Assembly: GCF_001194135.2 (NCBI RefSeq)
Contig: NC_068988.1
Location: 72,319,073 to 72,383,072 of the forward strand
DNA: 64,000 nt
Source: Octopus bimaculoides
Lineage: Eukaryota
Reading direction: 5' to 3'
Of the stretch, positions 49,991 to 63,179 are shown in pieces. Both the position numbers and the translations under genes were made by a program. Every line of letters starts with the position of its first letter. Position 1 is the first letter of the stretch. The notes under the pieces are model-generated. The model was not told where the DNA came from, searched no databases, and was given only the letters and a program-made list of their open reading frames with translations.

Positions 49991-50439
49991 GTTACTGTCC
50001 CCCTTCATTGTCATCAATAGATAGTAGGAGTGGCCACAATGTTGCTACGAAATTTGCATGTATAATTTAACAGAAATGCCAGTTTACGAAACCGAAATAT
50101 GATTACACATGTTGATATACCAACAAGGGAGCCTAAGTTATCTCTCGACCTATTAGGAAGGGCAATCAAATTTCTTTCAATACTTTCTTGAAGATAAAGG
50201 ATACATTGATAATATAGACTAAGATGCGTAAAGCCTAAGATGAAGGATGAAATTGATAATTTAGTTAATAATTGAATTAAATTAATTTATGATTAACATG
50301 AATGATTTACAACTGAAGAAGTATAAAACTGCCATGAAATAAAAGAAAATGTGAGAATAGAAATCTGTAAAAAAAATTTTAATAAAAAGAAAAAAAAAGA
50401 AAAAACTGTAACGAATATCGGCAGGAATTATTGCTGCTG

Positions 50440-50990
50440 ACTAATGTAAACATGGTTTAATGATGTAAGTCCAGTTACAAACGATAACTTACTCTTATTG
50501 AATGAATTCTCTTCCAAGGAGCCAAATATGTGTTTGCTTCGTTAATTATCTCCATGTCTATTGCGATTTGAAGGTAATCAAGAATCTAAAATAGAACATA
50601 TTAAACATCAAATGATGTGAACTTGAACGTGTAAATTATTTCAAATACCTAGGATCATAGGTAGAAAGCTCAAAACGACACTGTGAAGTAGTAATTGAAT
50701 TAGTATGGTCAGCAACAAACAAGATGTGTATAGTGTGGAGTCAGATCTGTTTACATCAAAATGCAACATTTGAATAATGCTAACCCAAGTTTCTGGAACA
50801 CTTCGAGATACTGCTGGAAAATAAAAGACAAAGGTCAACTATTACTGTAGCACCAGTATATGGTAAAAAAAAATAATAAGCAGATTTGTCGAACATAAGT
50901 GCCGCAATTGCTGAGGGGACACAAATCTTGAAAGAAACTGTACTGCAGAGATGATTGAGAACAAGAAACACGATATGATTTCTAGTATTG
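50440..50990 (+). mobile_element. RTE-like LINE reverse transcriptase fragment
   Basis: ERVNYFKYLGS*VESSKRH...LVWSATNKMCIVWS...RFVEHKCR matches the RTE pattern FKYLGS.I.SS...LAW.A.NKL..IW.S...R.FAGH..R. Confidence 0.8.
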
Positions 50991-52324
50991 GTAAAAATCT
51001 GTCATTTTTGTAAAGAAACGTTGTCACATTTATTCAAATAACTGACTGGTGATTAATTTATCAACATCGGGAGGACGAAAGCCAGTCTTACCAGGAAGAA
51101 TTTAAACTCAAAGCATAAAGAAAGGAAATTAGAATACCATTAGACATTTAATCCTGCATCTGTCCTATTTATTTCAAACATCGCACTCAACTTCAGTACA
51201 TGGTGTCAGAAAGATGAATACCAAGGGAAAACACGACAGTATTTGGTATATACGAGTATTTGATATATGCATATATATATATATATATATATATGACAGA
51301 ATGAGATAACAAAGCCAAGACTGCAGGGAGTTTTCAGGACATTTATAATGAAATAGTCTTACAGCTGTTTCTGGGATATTATGGAGTGAAAAGGGAGGGT
51401 GGTTTGGATTATTCTAGAAACAACAGCGAAACCTCCCTTGAATTGTTCACCTTTTCTTCTGAAAATATTTACAATTTGTCTTTGTTTTTTATAACGTTCC
51501 GAACAACCATAACAACAAAATCACTTCTAAATTTGTTTTACAAAAATTATTTAGAATTATTTTAAAAAGTTTTCATTCAATAAATAATGTATTTACATTA
51601 CGTATACATTATTAGAATAAACTGTCGGGTTTTCAAGTACCGAATTAAAACTTGAAATTGAAAGAGAAAGTGAGAGACTTTGAAAACTAAAATGAAATAC
51701 TCCGCAGTGAATGTAATGAATATTTAAATTCGTGAAGAATCGGACGCAGTGGAATGCAATGAATATTTAAGTTTGCCAGAAATTGGAGTTAAAAAATTCA
51801 ATAAACTTGAGAAATCGAAATTATAGGAAATTTCTTAGAACATGAATGTATATAAAGATATTTCCAGACTGTCAACCCTTTAATAATTGCTTTCTTTTAG
51901 TACTTTTAATAATTGTTACATACCTAATTAATAAGCAGCTTTCTCCATTATAGTATAGAAAGCATATAAGTTTCGAAGTTCAGCGGTCAAATTCAGCTGT
52001 TTCATTGGTCAAATTTAATCTTTACATAGGTCATATAATAATCCTTTCTTAAGGCTATGTATAAGAAATAAAATTAGCTAATTCTAATATATTACTGGTA
52101 CATAGTTTATCGAGAAATAACAAAAAAAATAATCAAATTAGGATTTTGAATTATATAATGTAAAGTATACATTCTGGTGCAACCACTTTTGTCTAACTAC
52201 TGTGTTCCCAGCAATAAGAAGATGAAGAACGACAACAACAACAACAACAACCAGCAATTATTGTAATTGTCGTATCAACGGGAAGTTAGAAGTTAACAAC
52301 CAAGTAGGTTATGAATACTTGTAC

Positions 52325-52441
52325 CTTAAAAACGTCATGTGCGTTTGAAAAATTCAGATGAAGGCTTAAAATAATTTGTTTGTAGGCAGCAATTTCTGGA
52401 ACTTTACAACGCACCATTAAACATGTAGCAAATTGGCAACC
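52325..52441 (-). CDS. Integrin alpha-like gene, calf-2 exon with C-x4-C-x4-C motif
   Basis: TTTCTATTTTCTAG|GGT...AAG|GTACAA, 117 nt, phase 0/0: GCQFATCLMVRCKVPEIAAYKQIILSLHLNFSNAHDVFK. Confidence 0.9.
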
Positions 52442-52709
52442 CTAGAAAATAGAAAGAAATAATATGCATGTGTGTGAGTGTAATCTACTTTTAGTTAAAC
52501 AAATACAATAGTCTATTAGTGATTGATTTAACGTTGAGCATCTCAGAATAATTAAGAATTTGTGTTGTAAAAGTGTTACTCCAAAAAATAAAGATTAACT
52601 GAATGTTCGAGTATGTCCATCTTTCACTTGGTGAACATAAGAAGAAAAGATAAAGTAAAAGAGATTAAAAACATATAACGTGAATAAATTTTAATTAAAA
52701 CTAATATGC

Positions 52710-53000
52710 CTGGCTCTCTGTTGGTGACGACGACTAATGTTCCAGTTGATTCGATCAACGCACCAGCCTACACATGAAATTAACTCGCTGAGGATTCCAT
52801 CGACATGTGTACCTTTAACTTAGTTCTCAGAATGTGACAAGGCTGGCCCTTTGAATTACAGGTGCAATTCATTTTTTCGAACTGAGTTAACTAGTGCAAC
52901 GTGAAATAAAGTGTCTTGCTCAAGAACGCAACACACCACCGGGAATCGAGCTCATCACCTTACGATCGTGAGCCGAATACCCCTAATCACTAAGTCACAC
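52710..53000 (-). mobile_element. tRNA-derived SINE, type D (V-domain-like)
   Basis: Plus strand shows GTGAAATAAAGTGTCTTGCTCAAGAACGCAAC...GGAATCGAGCTCATCACC (V-SINE-like motif and B box); tail shared with type C. Confidence 0.8.
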
Positions 53001-53953
53001 ACCTTCTCCAAAACTAATATAGTTTTGATAGAAGTATATGAGCGAAGAACTTTAACACTAGCATATTTTTTTAATGTGCTGCTGTTAAATTGTTTGTATT
53101 CGTTCGGAAATAAAAATGGTTGTGATGTCAGTTGGAACGTGATCATAGAATTCCAAACATTCCAGTTAGTAGAATTTTTTATTAGTATTATGCTTGTACA
53201 TTAACATACAGACATACAGACGAACATGGCACACATAAACACGTAAACACACACACATGCTCAAACACAAAGTTATATAATAAATGCTTGAATGCATACG
53301 TTTACGTGCAGGACACCATGTATGTTATAAGCTCTGTTTCAGAGCACAAATCTAGACATAGAAATAATTAGATCTTGTTATTTTCAGAAATAATTCAGAT
53401 ATAGCCTTCAGCAAAAAGATGTAGATTAAATTAACCAGCTTAGATGAAACTTCGTGTGTATAAACTATAATATATATATAAGACACAAATCTTTCTGTGT
53501 AAAGAACATAAATTCCTGGTCTCGCATTCAATGCAAAGTTAAAATTGTTTATTTTGTTGTGTCTTGGCAGATTCATAACATCAATAATAATAACACAAGC
53601 ACGTGTTTAATTCCACTTCTTTATTCTTAGTCAATTGGTTAAATATCTTACCAACTGACCACTCGATCGTTTGTTTAATGTGCTGGCCAAACAATCAATC
53701 GGTTGTCTGTTATGCAAATTTCCTTCGTTGCTGTTCATGACCTCTTCAGTGACTTTCCCTCTCGCTCCAATGTCTGTTCTGTGTCTGTCTGAGAACTGGT
53801 CTTATGTCTGCGTGCATGCTTGCTTGTATGTGTTTGCTTAGAAGTGGAGGTAAGATTGAGAGTAAACGAAGGGTGTGGGGGGGTATGTATGCGTGCGTGT
53901 GCGAGTGACTGCGTGTGTACACCAGTGAGACTTATGTACGTGTATGTTTGTAG

Positions 53954-54310
53954 GTGTGTGCACTATGTCCCCACTTCGACAAAACCACTGGCACTGATAG
54001 GAACTGTGTGGTATGTTCCTTTAATGCCTGTATTAACTATGAAACCAGGAACTCGGTCTACAGCATAAAGTGCATAGAGGGAGATTGTAAGAACAAGAAT
54101 ATAGCATATAATGGGGAGACTTTGATGAGTTTAGCAAAAAGGCTATATGAACATACTGGCGTGAGGATAATGACAGGAAACAATCGTCTATACTTTACCA
54201 GGATACCAGAGATCAACATGGCGACATGTTGGGCCAAATTGATATCCATATTTTGTTTAAATACCCAAGAGATCCGTCGCTTAGACGAATACGTGAGAAT
54301 CTCCTCATAA
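53954..54310 (+). mobile_element. PLE GIY-YIG endonuclease fragment
   Basis: CALCPHF...CINYETRNSVYSIKCIEGDCKNKNIAYNGETLMSLAKRLYEH. Confidence 0.88.
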
Positions 54311-54734
54311 ACGATATATTACCAATACTGAATAGAAAATAGAGATACGAGGTAGTAGAACTTGAACACCACTATTACCACCCATGCAATATAAATACAT
54401 GGATGCGTCCGTGCGCGTAGGCAAGTGGATATGTGGCTTGAATGAGGTAGCGTAGGCAAGTAGATAAAGGATGGCGTTAGAACGACAGCAGTATGCAGGT
54501 AAGCCGATACAAATATATGTAAATATGTACAATTCCGATACACATCCATGGTCACAGGGACGCGCATACACGTACACACACATAAACACAAGAACACAGG
54601 AATACGCAACCACACACAGACCATCACTACACACAGAGAGATGTGCAGACACACGTGCATATTCAACATGCACAGGCAAACACACATACACATACGCAGG
54701 AACACACACTCACACAAGAACGCACCGACTCGAC

Positions 54735-54767
<33 letters not shown>

Positions 54768-55271
54768 GTCGCTCTCTGGCCGGCCTTAACAAACAAACTT
54801 ATATATAAATATATAAATATATATATNNNNNNNNNNNNNNNNNNNNNNNNNNNNNNNNNNNNNNNNNNNNNNNNNNNNNNNNNNNNNNNNNNNNNNNNNN
54901 NNNNNNNNNNNNNNNNNNNNNNNNNNNNNNNNNNNNNNNNNNNNNNNNNNNNNNNNNNNNNNNNNNNNNNNNNNNNNNNNNNNNNNNNNNNNNNNNNNNN
55001 NNNNNNNNNNNNNNNNNNNNNNNNNNNNNNNNNNNNNNNNNNNNNNNNNNNNNNNNNNNNNNNNNNNNNNNNNNNNNNNNNNNNNNNNNNNNNNNNNNNN
55101 NNNNNNNNNNNNNNNNNNNNNNNNNNNNNNNNNNNNNNNNNNNNNNNNNNNNNNNNNNNNNNNNNNNNNNNNNNNNNNNNNNNNNNNNNNNNNNNNNNNN
55201 NNNNNNNNNNNNNNNNNNNNNNNNNNNNNNNNNNNNNNNNNNNNNNNNNNNNNNNNNNNNNNNNNNNNNNN

Positions 55272-55315
<44 letters not shown>

Positions 55316-55618
55316 CTTTACATAGACTAGTATAAATTAATAATAAGCATTTAAACAACAGAAAGTTTTGAAATAACGGAGTATAAGTGATTATACAATA
55401 AAAACTTGAATTGAAGATAGTTTGCGTATAACTTAACGAACAACTCAACATCATACAACGCAGAGCAGATAAACGGAAAGCTTTAAACAGTTAAATCGAA
55501 GGATATTAAGTAAAAACCCTGAAGAAACTGCACCGGTATTATAATAGGGTTTCAATTGCAACGGTAACTAAGCACTATAGTTGAAACGTGTACGTGTATG
55601 TAAAGCTGTATATATATA

Positions 55619-56270
55619 TACTAGCTGCTGGACCCGGCGTTGCTCGTGTTTTCCGTGTTGTAGTTAAGCCCACTTCTGACCTTATATTGAAATCTTCTAC
55701 GTTCCCCATCCCAACTATTACCCATTAAGATGTTATATCTGGTTCGGCAGAGATTTTACCGGTTAACGCTTTCGACATACTCCTACATAGCGGACTGTCT
55801 GAAACCGCAGTCAAACTTTTGGGTGTACCTAGACCCGTTAAGAGTGATGTTAGTTTATTTCTCTCCTTAATGTCACCCTCTGTACAAAATTGATCAGCGT
55901 GTTCAATCCCAGCAAAATCCTAAGAAAAGTGTTAAGGTTATGTCATAAAATAGAATCCATGTGACCATTTACATGAAAATATCCCATTGACTTTTAAATC
56001 CCAATACATTATATGAATAATCGATGTTTCATATGTCGAAGTGCTTAATTTCACTCATAGTTCAATTTTCTTCAAAATCAGTTAATTATTTTATTGTGAG
56101 TGAATTTTGACGATTTCTGATTTTCACCAGTTTAATTTTAATTCTACTACATGACTCCGACCATAAGCTTTACGTAAATGTCAAATTTCATCAAAATCGG
56201 GTAAATTCTCTAAAAGTTACAGCATAAAATATTAATCCTATGGGTAATTGCATGCAAAAAGCCTATTGAT
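55619..56270 (+). mobile_element. Probable non-autonomous Helitron-like element (5' end, runs into gap)
   Basis: Starts TACTAGCTGCTGGACCCGGCGTTGCTCG after an (AT)n tract, a common Helitron 5' signature; contains AAATTTCATCAAAATCGG near 56185. Confidence 0.5.
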
Positions 56271-57270
56271 TTCATNNNNNNNNNNNNNNNNNNNNNNNNN
56301 NNNNNNNNNNNNNNNNNNNNNNNNNNNNNNNNNNNNNNNNNNNNNNNNNNNNNNNNNNNNNNNNNNNNNNNNNNNNNNNNNNNNNNNNNNNNNNNNNNNN
56401 NNNNNNNNNNNNNNNNNNNNNNNNNNNNNNNNNNNNNNNNNNNNNNNNNNNNNNNNNNNNNNNNNNNNNNNNNNNNNNNNNNNNNNNNNNNNNNNNNNNN
56501 NNNNNNNNNNNNNNNNNNNNNNNNNNNNNNNNNNNNNNNNNNNNNNNNNNNNNNNNNNNNNNNNNNNNNNNNNNNNNNNNNNNNNNNNNNNNNNNNNNNN
56601 NNNNNNNNNNNNNNNNNNNNNNNNNNNNNNNNNNNNNNNNNNNNNNNNNNNNNNNNNNNNNNNNNNNNNNNNNNNNNNNNNNNNNNNNNNNNNNNNNNNN
56701 NNNNNNNNNNNNNNNNNNNNNNNNNNNNNNNNNNNNNNNNNNNNNNNNNNNNNNNNNNNNNNNNNNNNNNNNNNNNNNNNNNNNNNNNNNNNNNNNNNNN
56801 NNNNNNNNNNNNNNNNNNNNNNNNNNNNNNNNNNNNNNNNNNNNNNNNNNNNNNNNNNNNNNNNNNNNNNNNNNNNNNNNNNNNNNNNNNNNNNNNNNNN
56901 NNNNNNNNNNNNNNNNNNNNNNNNNNNNNNNNNNNNNNNNNNNNNNNNNNNNNNNNNNNNNNNNNNNNNNNNNNNNNNNNNNNNATATATATATATATAT
57001 ATATAAGGAATTAAAGGTGATGCTATGCAACTTCGTGACAATCCTTATTATTATTGTTGTTGATATTATATACTCCAGGAAACCTATATACTACCTTAAT
57101 CTATATGGTTAAGGTAGTATATTCAGAAATATCCACCGGAATATATCTCCATATTCTTATCTTATGAGAATATTATTGAATTTATATATTAACTGTTGAA
57201 TAACTTATTTTGAATACCTATCTGAGAGCAAACCGGTAAACGTTTGGAGTAATCCCTTACTATTTACAAG

Positions 57271-57330
<60 letters not shown>

Positions 57331-57959
57331 ATGGAAAAATATCTACCACTGGGGTCGAACCATGAATCAGTCACTTTCCAGTTTACTTATTATACAACGT
57401 TTACTGAGCAATCTTAACTACTGAAAATAGCTCGAGAATTGGAGATAGTTTAGCAACAGATAATAACCCACCGTAACTATCTCCTAAAACAATACATTAT
57501 CACACTGAAATCCTTCTATGCGAATACTTTCGAACAGCCTCAAGTTAAGAACGTCTGACTAAAGTGAATGATGTTGGTGTCCGTTTCTGCCGCTAAAAAA
57601 ATGGATGGGCTTGGAATTGGCCGGGTTCACACTAACTGAATTCGTATTTAATATTTAAATTCAACTTCTACGAATAATGTTTCTTTGTGACTAGTGTATT
57701 ATCTATATGGTTTTATTTTAGCACTGTCATCTGCTATTAGTTTAGTGTCTTTCATTGTCTATATTTTTGTGGGAAATTCTTTGTAGAATATATGAGTTGC
57801 CTACGAATGCTTTACAATTTAGCTTTCTCACTATTTCATATTATGTGCTATGGGGTTTTGTGATTGTTCATTGTGGTACGTGCATAGTTTGCCAATGAGA
57901 AAGTGGTCAATATAGCAGTTGGGATTGCGATGTTTAACAGCTTCCACACATGCAATCAA

Positions 57960-58300
57960 ATTTGCATAACTTACATGAGATATATATGACATGTACAAAG
58001 TACAGGACATCTACGAGACAAGTACAGCAAACATGTGTAACGTATACTGGAGGTATGTGTGACACGTACAGGACATATGTGAGACGTGTACAAGAGATAC
58101 GTGTGACACGTAAAGGGAATGTGTGAGACATGTACAGCACATATGAGACATGAACAAGAGATAGAGAAGAGGTGTACAAAAGATTATGAAAAATGTATAG
58201 AAGTATGATACATGTACAAGAAATATGTGTGACATATGCAATGGATATATCATACATTTACAGGGGATATATAAAATGTGTACAGGATTTTATGAAATGT
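57960..58300. repeat. Degenerate minisatellite, ~21-22-bp unit (TATGTGTGACATGTACAGGAGA-like)
   Basis: Recurrent GACA(C/T)GTACA motif at roughly 21-22-bp spacing. Confidence 0.7.
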
Positions 58301-58701
58301 TACATACGATGAGAGTGAGATAACTGAATTTAATTACATCATAATTGAATCTATGAACAGACTTGTAACACCGTAGATTTATCTCTTGTTCTAATTTTTA
58401 ATTTCTTGTTAGGCAACTATTTTCCTATTTTAACATATTAAAATTACTGTGTTTTTTTTGTGTGTTTTCTTGGAATTGATATCACTAATATGAATTAAAC
58501 CAATTCTTTTCAAAATCAAATTCAAGCCTCAGTTAGAAAAGATTCAGTAATTTTACACAATATTCATAAACAAATGCAATTCGGTTTTTATTTTTTAAAA
58601 AAAGAGTATTATCATATATAATATTGCAAAAGGACCATTAGTACCACATTAAAAAATAACAATTCGATCTGAGGAAAATATGTTTTGTAGAAAAATCTTA
58701 C

Positions 58702-58884
58702 TGTAACCGCCTGTTTGGTGACAAGGATATTTCTTTGGACATTAGCAATGGATTCTTTATTAAGATTTTCAGCTCGTAAAGTAGAAACTTCTTTCTGTGT
58801 TGTGGTTAAAAGTGAAATGGTTGGGTTGGTTCCATTATCTTCTGATTTGATATCACACTCTAAGCTGATATTCTCTCTGGTTAC
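58702..58884 (-). CDS. Integrin alpha-like gene, calf-2 flexible-loop exon
   Basis: TTTGACAG|GTA...ACA|GTAAGA, 183 nt, phase 0/0: VTRENISLECDIKSEDNGTNPTISLLTTTQKEVSTLRAENLNKESIANVQRNILVTKQAVT. Confidence 0.88.
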
Positions 58885-58977
58885 CTGTCAAACACATGGT
58901 ATAAATAATATTTTGCTTTGATTTTTAATAAATAATTTCTTTGGTTCAATATTTTTCAGTTTATTCTTTTATTCTTT

Positions 58978-59325
58978 TACTTGTTTCAGTCATTTTACTG
59001 CGGCCATGCTGGAGCACCCCCTTTTTGTCGAACAAATCAACCCCAGGACTTATTTTTTAATCCTGGTACTTATTCTATCGGTCTGTTTCGCCGAACAGCT
59101 AAGTTACGGAGCCAAAAACACACTGACATCAGTTGTCAAGTAATGATGGACGGGGGACAAACATAGACACAAAGACAAACACAGATAAATACATATAAAT
59201 GTATGACAAGGCTTTGGTCGACCCGAGGCTACAGTAGATACTTGCCCAAGGTGCCACCCACTGGGATTGAACTCAGAACCATGTGGTTGGAAAGCAAGCT
59301 TCTTACCACACAGCCACGCCTGCGG
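58978..59325 (-). mobile_element. Type-B SINE, full length, minus strand
   Basis: Reverse complement of type B (CTTACCACACAGCCACGCCT at ~59303-59322). Confidence 0.9.
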
Positions 59326-60751
59326 CTTATTCATGAGTATTTTACAGCGCACATGGCCCTCTCTTATATCATTCGTAATATGTGAGTTTAGATGTTAGTC
59401 TTTCAACTAACTTGTTTCCACAGGAAGGTTTGAATTCACAGCTCTGCAATCTTGCCAAGCACTCGTTAATTTCACAGTGACACCTCTGCTTTCAGCATTG
59501 GTCAGTAGTATTTGTTGTTTCCCATCAAATCTATATGAACTGGGTCGCAGAAAGCTAAGTGTTTTGGTCATAAACACTAAGCATTCTTGGTCATAGGAGA
59601 CAAAGTGTCAACCTCTTGACTTCAACCGGCTACAATATTGAACACTACAGACATATAAATAGTTAACAATTGACAAAAATTTCTGAGCATTTTATTATTT
59701 CAAAACTGTAGGATTGAATCTAAAATGAAGAATTCCAGATATATGCTTTAACATAATGTAACATTTCTATATGTTGTAAATCAACATTCAGAATCATATT
59801 TCTATAAGACCCTGAAACCATAACACTGTGCTGCAAGTCATAAAATATATTTTCAAATCTCCCCAACACATCACTACTTAATCATTAAAAAGACATACGT
59901 CTCTTAAAATAATTAAATTATTTAATGTTCTCTAAAAACATGCCCTAGGAGCTTCCTCATGAATCATTACTTGATTCGAGTACAGATTAGATTGATCTCC
60001 TGATCTTTGTTTTGGCTCACGTGAAAATGTGAACGAGAAACCGAATCATTTGAAACTTTCATTAGCTAGCAAGAGTTCTAATTATATCAGATGTATGATA
60101 AATATCCTCACATCTAATATACATACCCATCGTACCATTTTATAATTAGTGAGAATGAAGCATTGAAAGTAAAATGTTTTTTGCCAGAGACTGAATGCAG
60201 GAGTGATAATAACCAAGCAATGAATCTTGAGAGTTTATTTCTTTCTTGTTTTTCTTTTTCAAAAAATAATTTGTAACATGATACATTCGCATATATATCA
60301 TGCCATATAATCGTAATGTATATTATGTATATATATATATATATATATATATAGTGTACGCTATAGCATACTATATTCCCATGGAGATCAACAGTAAATT
60401 TTATATTATATACTCAAATGCAAACATATATTAATATATTATAGTACTATATACTGAAGTACACCTCTGTAATATTATGTTATAACATCTCTGCAGTATT
60501 ACATTATAACATTATATACTCACTGGTATGAAACGTTTACTATGCGTCTTTCATTTTGGGCTGAGTCAGGTACGAATGAGTCATTTCACAAGATTCATTC
60601 GTACCTGTGATTTTTCAACCGAGATCAATTGACTGGAGAAGAATACATTCAGCTCAGTTAATTTGCCGCTTTATACGGATATTAAAGCTTCTGGAATGAC
60701 ACAAATCTATCGAAGTTAATAGACTTCTTTCATTTAACATTCCTATATACT

Positions 60752-61010
60752 GGCACCTCGTCAGTTACGACGATGGAGGTTCCAGTTGATCCGATCAACA
60801 GAACAGCTTGCTCGTGAAATTAACGTGCGTGTGGCTGAGTACTCCACAAACGTAGTTCTCTGGGATATTCAGCGTGACACAGAGCGTGACAAGACCGGTC
60901 CTGTCAAATACAGATACGACTCAATTTTACCAGCTGAGTGGACTAGAGCTACGTGAAATAAAGTGCTCAAGGACACAACGCAGCGCCGGGAATTCACTCA
61001 TGACCTTTGT
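60752..61010 (-). mobile_element. Type-D SINE (V-domain-like)
   Basis: TGGCAC...GTTACGACGATGGAGGTTCCAGTTGATCCGATCAAC...GTGAAATAAAGTGCTCAAGGACACAACGC..CCGGGAATT. Confidence 0.85.
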
Positions 61011-61035
61011 ATATATGACTGTATGTATATATATA

Positions 61036-61097
<62 letters not shown>

Positions 61098-61245
61098 NNN
61101 NNNNNNNNNNNNNNNNNNNNNNNNNNNNNNNNNNNNNNNNNNNNNNNNNNNNNNNNNNNNNNNNNNNNNNNNNNNNNNNNNNNNNNNNNNNNNNNNNNNN
61201 NNNNNNNNNNNNNNNNTTGTGTGTATGTGTGTATGTGTGTGCGTG

Positions 61246-61280
<35 letters not shown>

Positions 61281-61756
61281 CTGTGTGTGTACGTATGTGC
61301 GTGACCGCAGTATGGCCGATTTATTTTTATCTTATTTTGCCATCGCAAGGTTCTTGAATCGATACCATTGTACATCATATTGGGCAAATGTCATTTAGTA
61401 TCACTTCGAGCCAATTCGTGCCTTGTGGGTGAAATCGCGTAGATCAGGTAGACTGAAGCTGTTTAGAAAACCATCAGGTAGACTGTATTCATAATCGTCA
61501 TACACAGTCTCTCGTTGATTAAGCTTGAGAGCTACCTTAGCGTGTCTGTGGAACGCTGAATCACCTACACGTTAATTCAGGAGGAGATTTTTCAGTTGAC
61601 TGAACATGTGACTCCTCACCATCGAACAACGCAGTTGTGTGTGTGTGTGTGTGTGTGTCTGTGTCTGTGTCTGTGTGTGTGTGTGTGTGTGTGTGTAGTG
61701 TCTTATAACATAATAACTTCACGTAATTCACGAGGTAATAACGTATATATACTCAC

Positions 61757-61952
61757 ATGTATATCTGTATAAGTAAAAAGCATGTTTCCACCAGGAACAG
61801 TCATTGGGATCCTAAACACGGCAGTCGTTTCTGGAAGATAACTCGGTCCCAAATTATGGATTATGAAGTCAGTGGCCATTACAAATGAATCAGAGTTATT
61901 GATAGATAATTGATCTTCCTTGTTATATTTCACTGGTGTAGATGCTGTTTTC
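61757..61952 (-). CDS. Integrin alpha-like gene, calf-2 N-terminal exon (NxGPS motif)
   Basis: TCTCATCAACAG|G...CAT|GTGAGT, 196 nt, phase 2/0: KTASTPVKYNKEDQ...DFIIHNLGPSYLPETTAVFRIPMTVPGGNMLFTYTDIH. NLGPS is the conserved integrin alpha motif. Confidence 0.92.
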
Positions 61953-62344
61953 CTGTTGATGAGATAAAGAATACGTTTATCAAACGTTATCATCAAGTAA
62001 TAGGTTGCAATTGAATGGTAAAATGTTTAAATTCTGAATGAGGTCTTTTCTTATTGATGATGCACATCTTCTGGACAAATTATTAAGAAATTATCTATTA
62101 TTGCCATTATAAATATATTTGTGTGCCTCGCGGCATAAAGCTGATAAATCGAGTTTGTTAAATGTTAAATCCATCGCCATGCGTTTCTAAGTTCAGGAAT
62201 AGTCGTGTGTTTCAGTAGCTTGTTTCGAACCACAGCGACAGGAACAAATTTCTTCAGCTATGTACGTTATATTCTACGAATACCGAAGTATATTTGTAAA
62301 GTATTTACACACAAAAAAAATCTAAATCAATAAATATTAATAAT

Positions 62345-62720
62345 AATAGGTGCAGGCAGGGCTGTGCAGTTAAGAAGTTCGCTTGCAGCCACGTGATCTT
62401 AGTTTCCGCCCCACGACATTACACCTTGGGCAAGTGTCTCCTGAATTTTGCAAGCGTAAATTGTGCTAGGCCATCGTATACACGTGCGCACACACGTGTA
62501 TGTCTCTGTGTGTGTGTGTTCGCGCGCGCATGTGTGCGTGTGTGTGTGTATAACCGGTGTTAGTTTGTTTCCGTCTTCAAACTGAGCAATCTGCTAAAAG
62601 ATACAATAAGTACCAGATTTTTTTTAAATATGTACTGTGGTCAGTTTGTTCGACGAAACCTTTCAAGGCGGTACCCCAGCGTGGCTGCTGTCCAATAACT
62701 GAAGCGAGTAAAAGAAAACT
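62345..62720 (+). mobile_element. Type-B SINE, diverged
   Basis: AGGTGCAGGCAGGGCTGTGCAGTTAAG...CACCTTGGGCAAGTGTCT...TTCAAGGCGGTACCCCAGCGTGGC. Confidence 0.85.
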
Positions 62721-63179
62721 CACAAAATATACTTTCCACCAAATGTACTTTTCACGATTTCATAAGTTTTAAAAGCTGGTTAGATTATAATTAATTCTTT
62801 TAAAAAACAAAAAGTTTTAATTATACGGCGTTTTTCTCGTCCTANNNNNNNNNNNNNNNNNNNNNNNNNNNNNNNNNNNNNNNNNNNNNNNNNNNNNNNN
62901 NNNNNNNNNNNNNNNNNNNNNNNNNNNNNNNNNNNNNNNNNNNNNNNNNNNNNNNNNNNNNNNNNNNNNNNNNNNNNNNNNNNNNNNNNNNNNNNNNNNN
63001 NNNNNNNNNNNNNNNNNNNNNNNNNNNNNNNNNNNNNNNNNNNNNNNNNNNNNNNNNNNNNNNNNNNNNNNNNNNNNNNNNNNNNNNNNNNNNNNNNNNN
63101 NNNNNNNNNNNNNNNNNNNNNNNNNNNNNNNNNNNNNNNNNNNNNNNNNNNNNNNNNNNNNNNNNNNNNNNNNNNNNNN

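Noticed and set aside
50641-50838. Minus-strand ORF with a hydrophobic C-terminus (GPI-anchor-like exon)
   Set aside because: The plus strand of the same interval is a clear RTE RT fragment (FKYLGS), which explains the sequence.
53690-53760. CTGAAGA-GGTCA...TGGCC on the minus strand as another hammerhead
   Set aside because: No GAAA after the putative stem II; too decayed to call, although its position inverted to the 53954 GIY-YIG fragment is suggestive.
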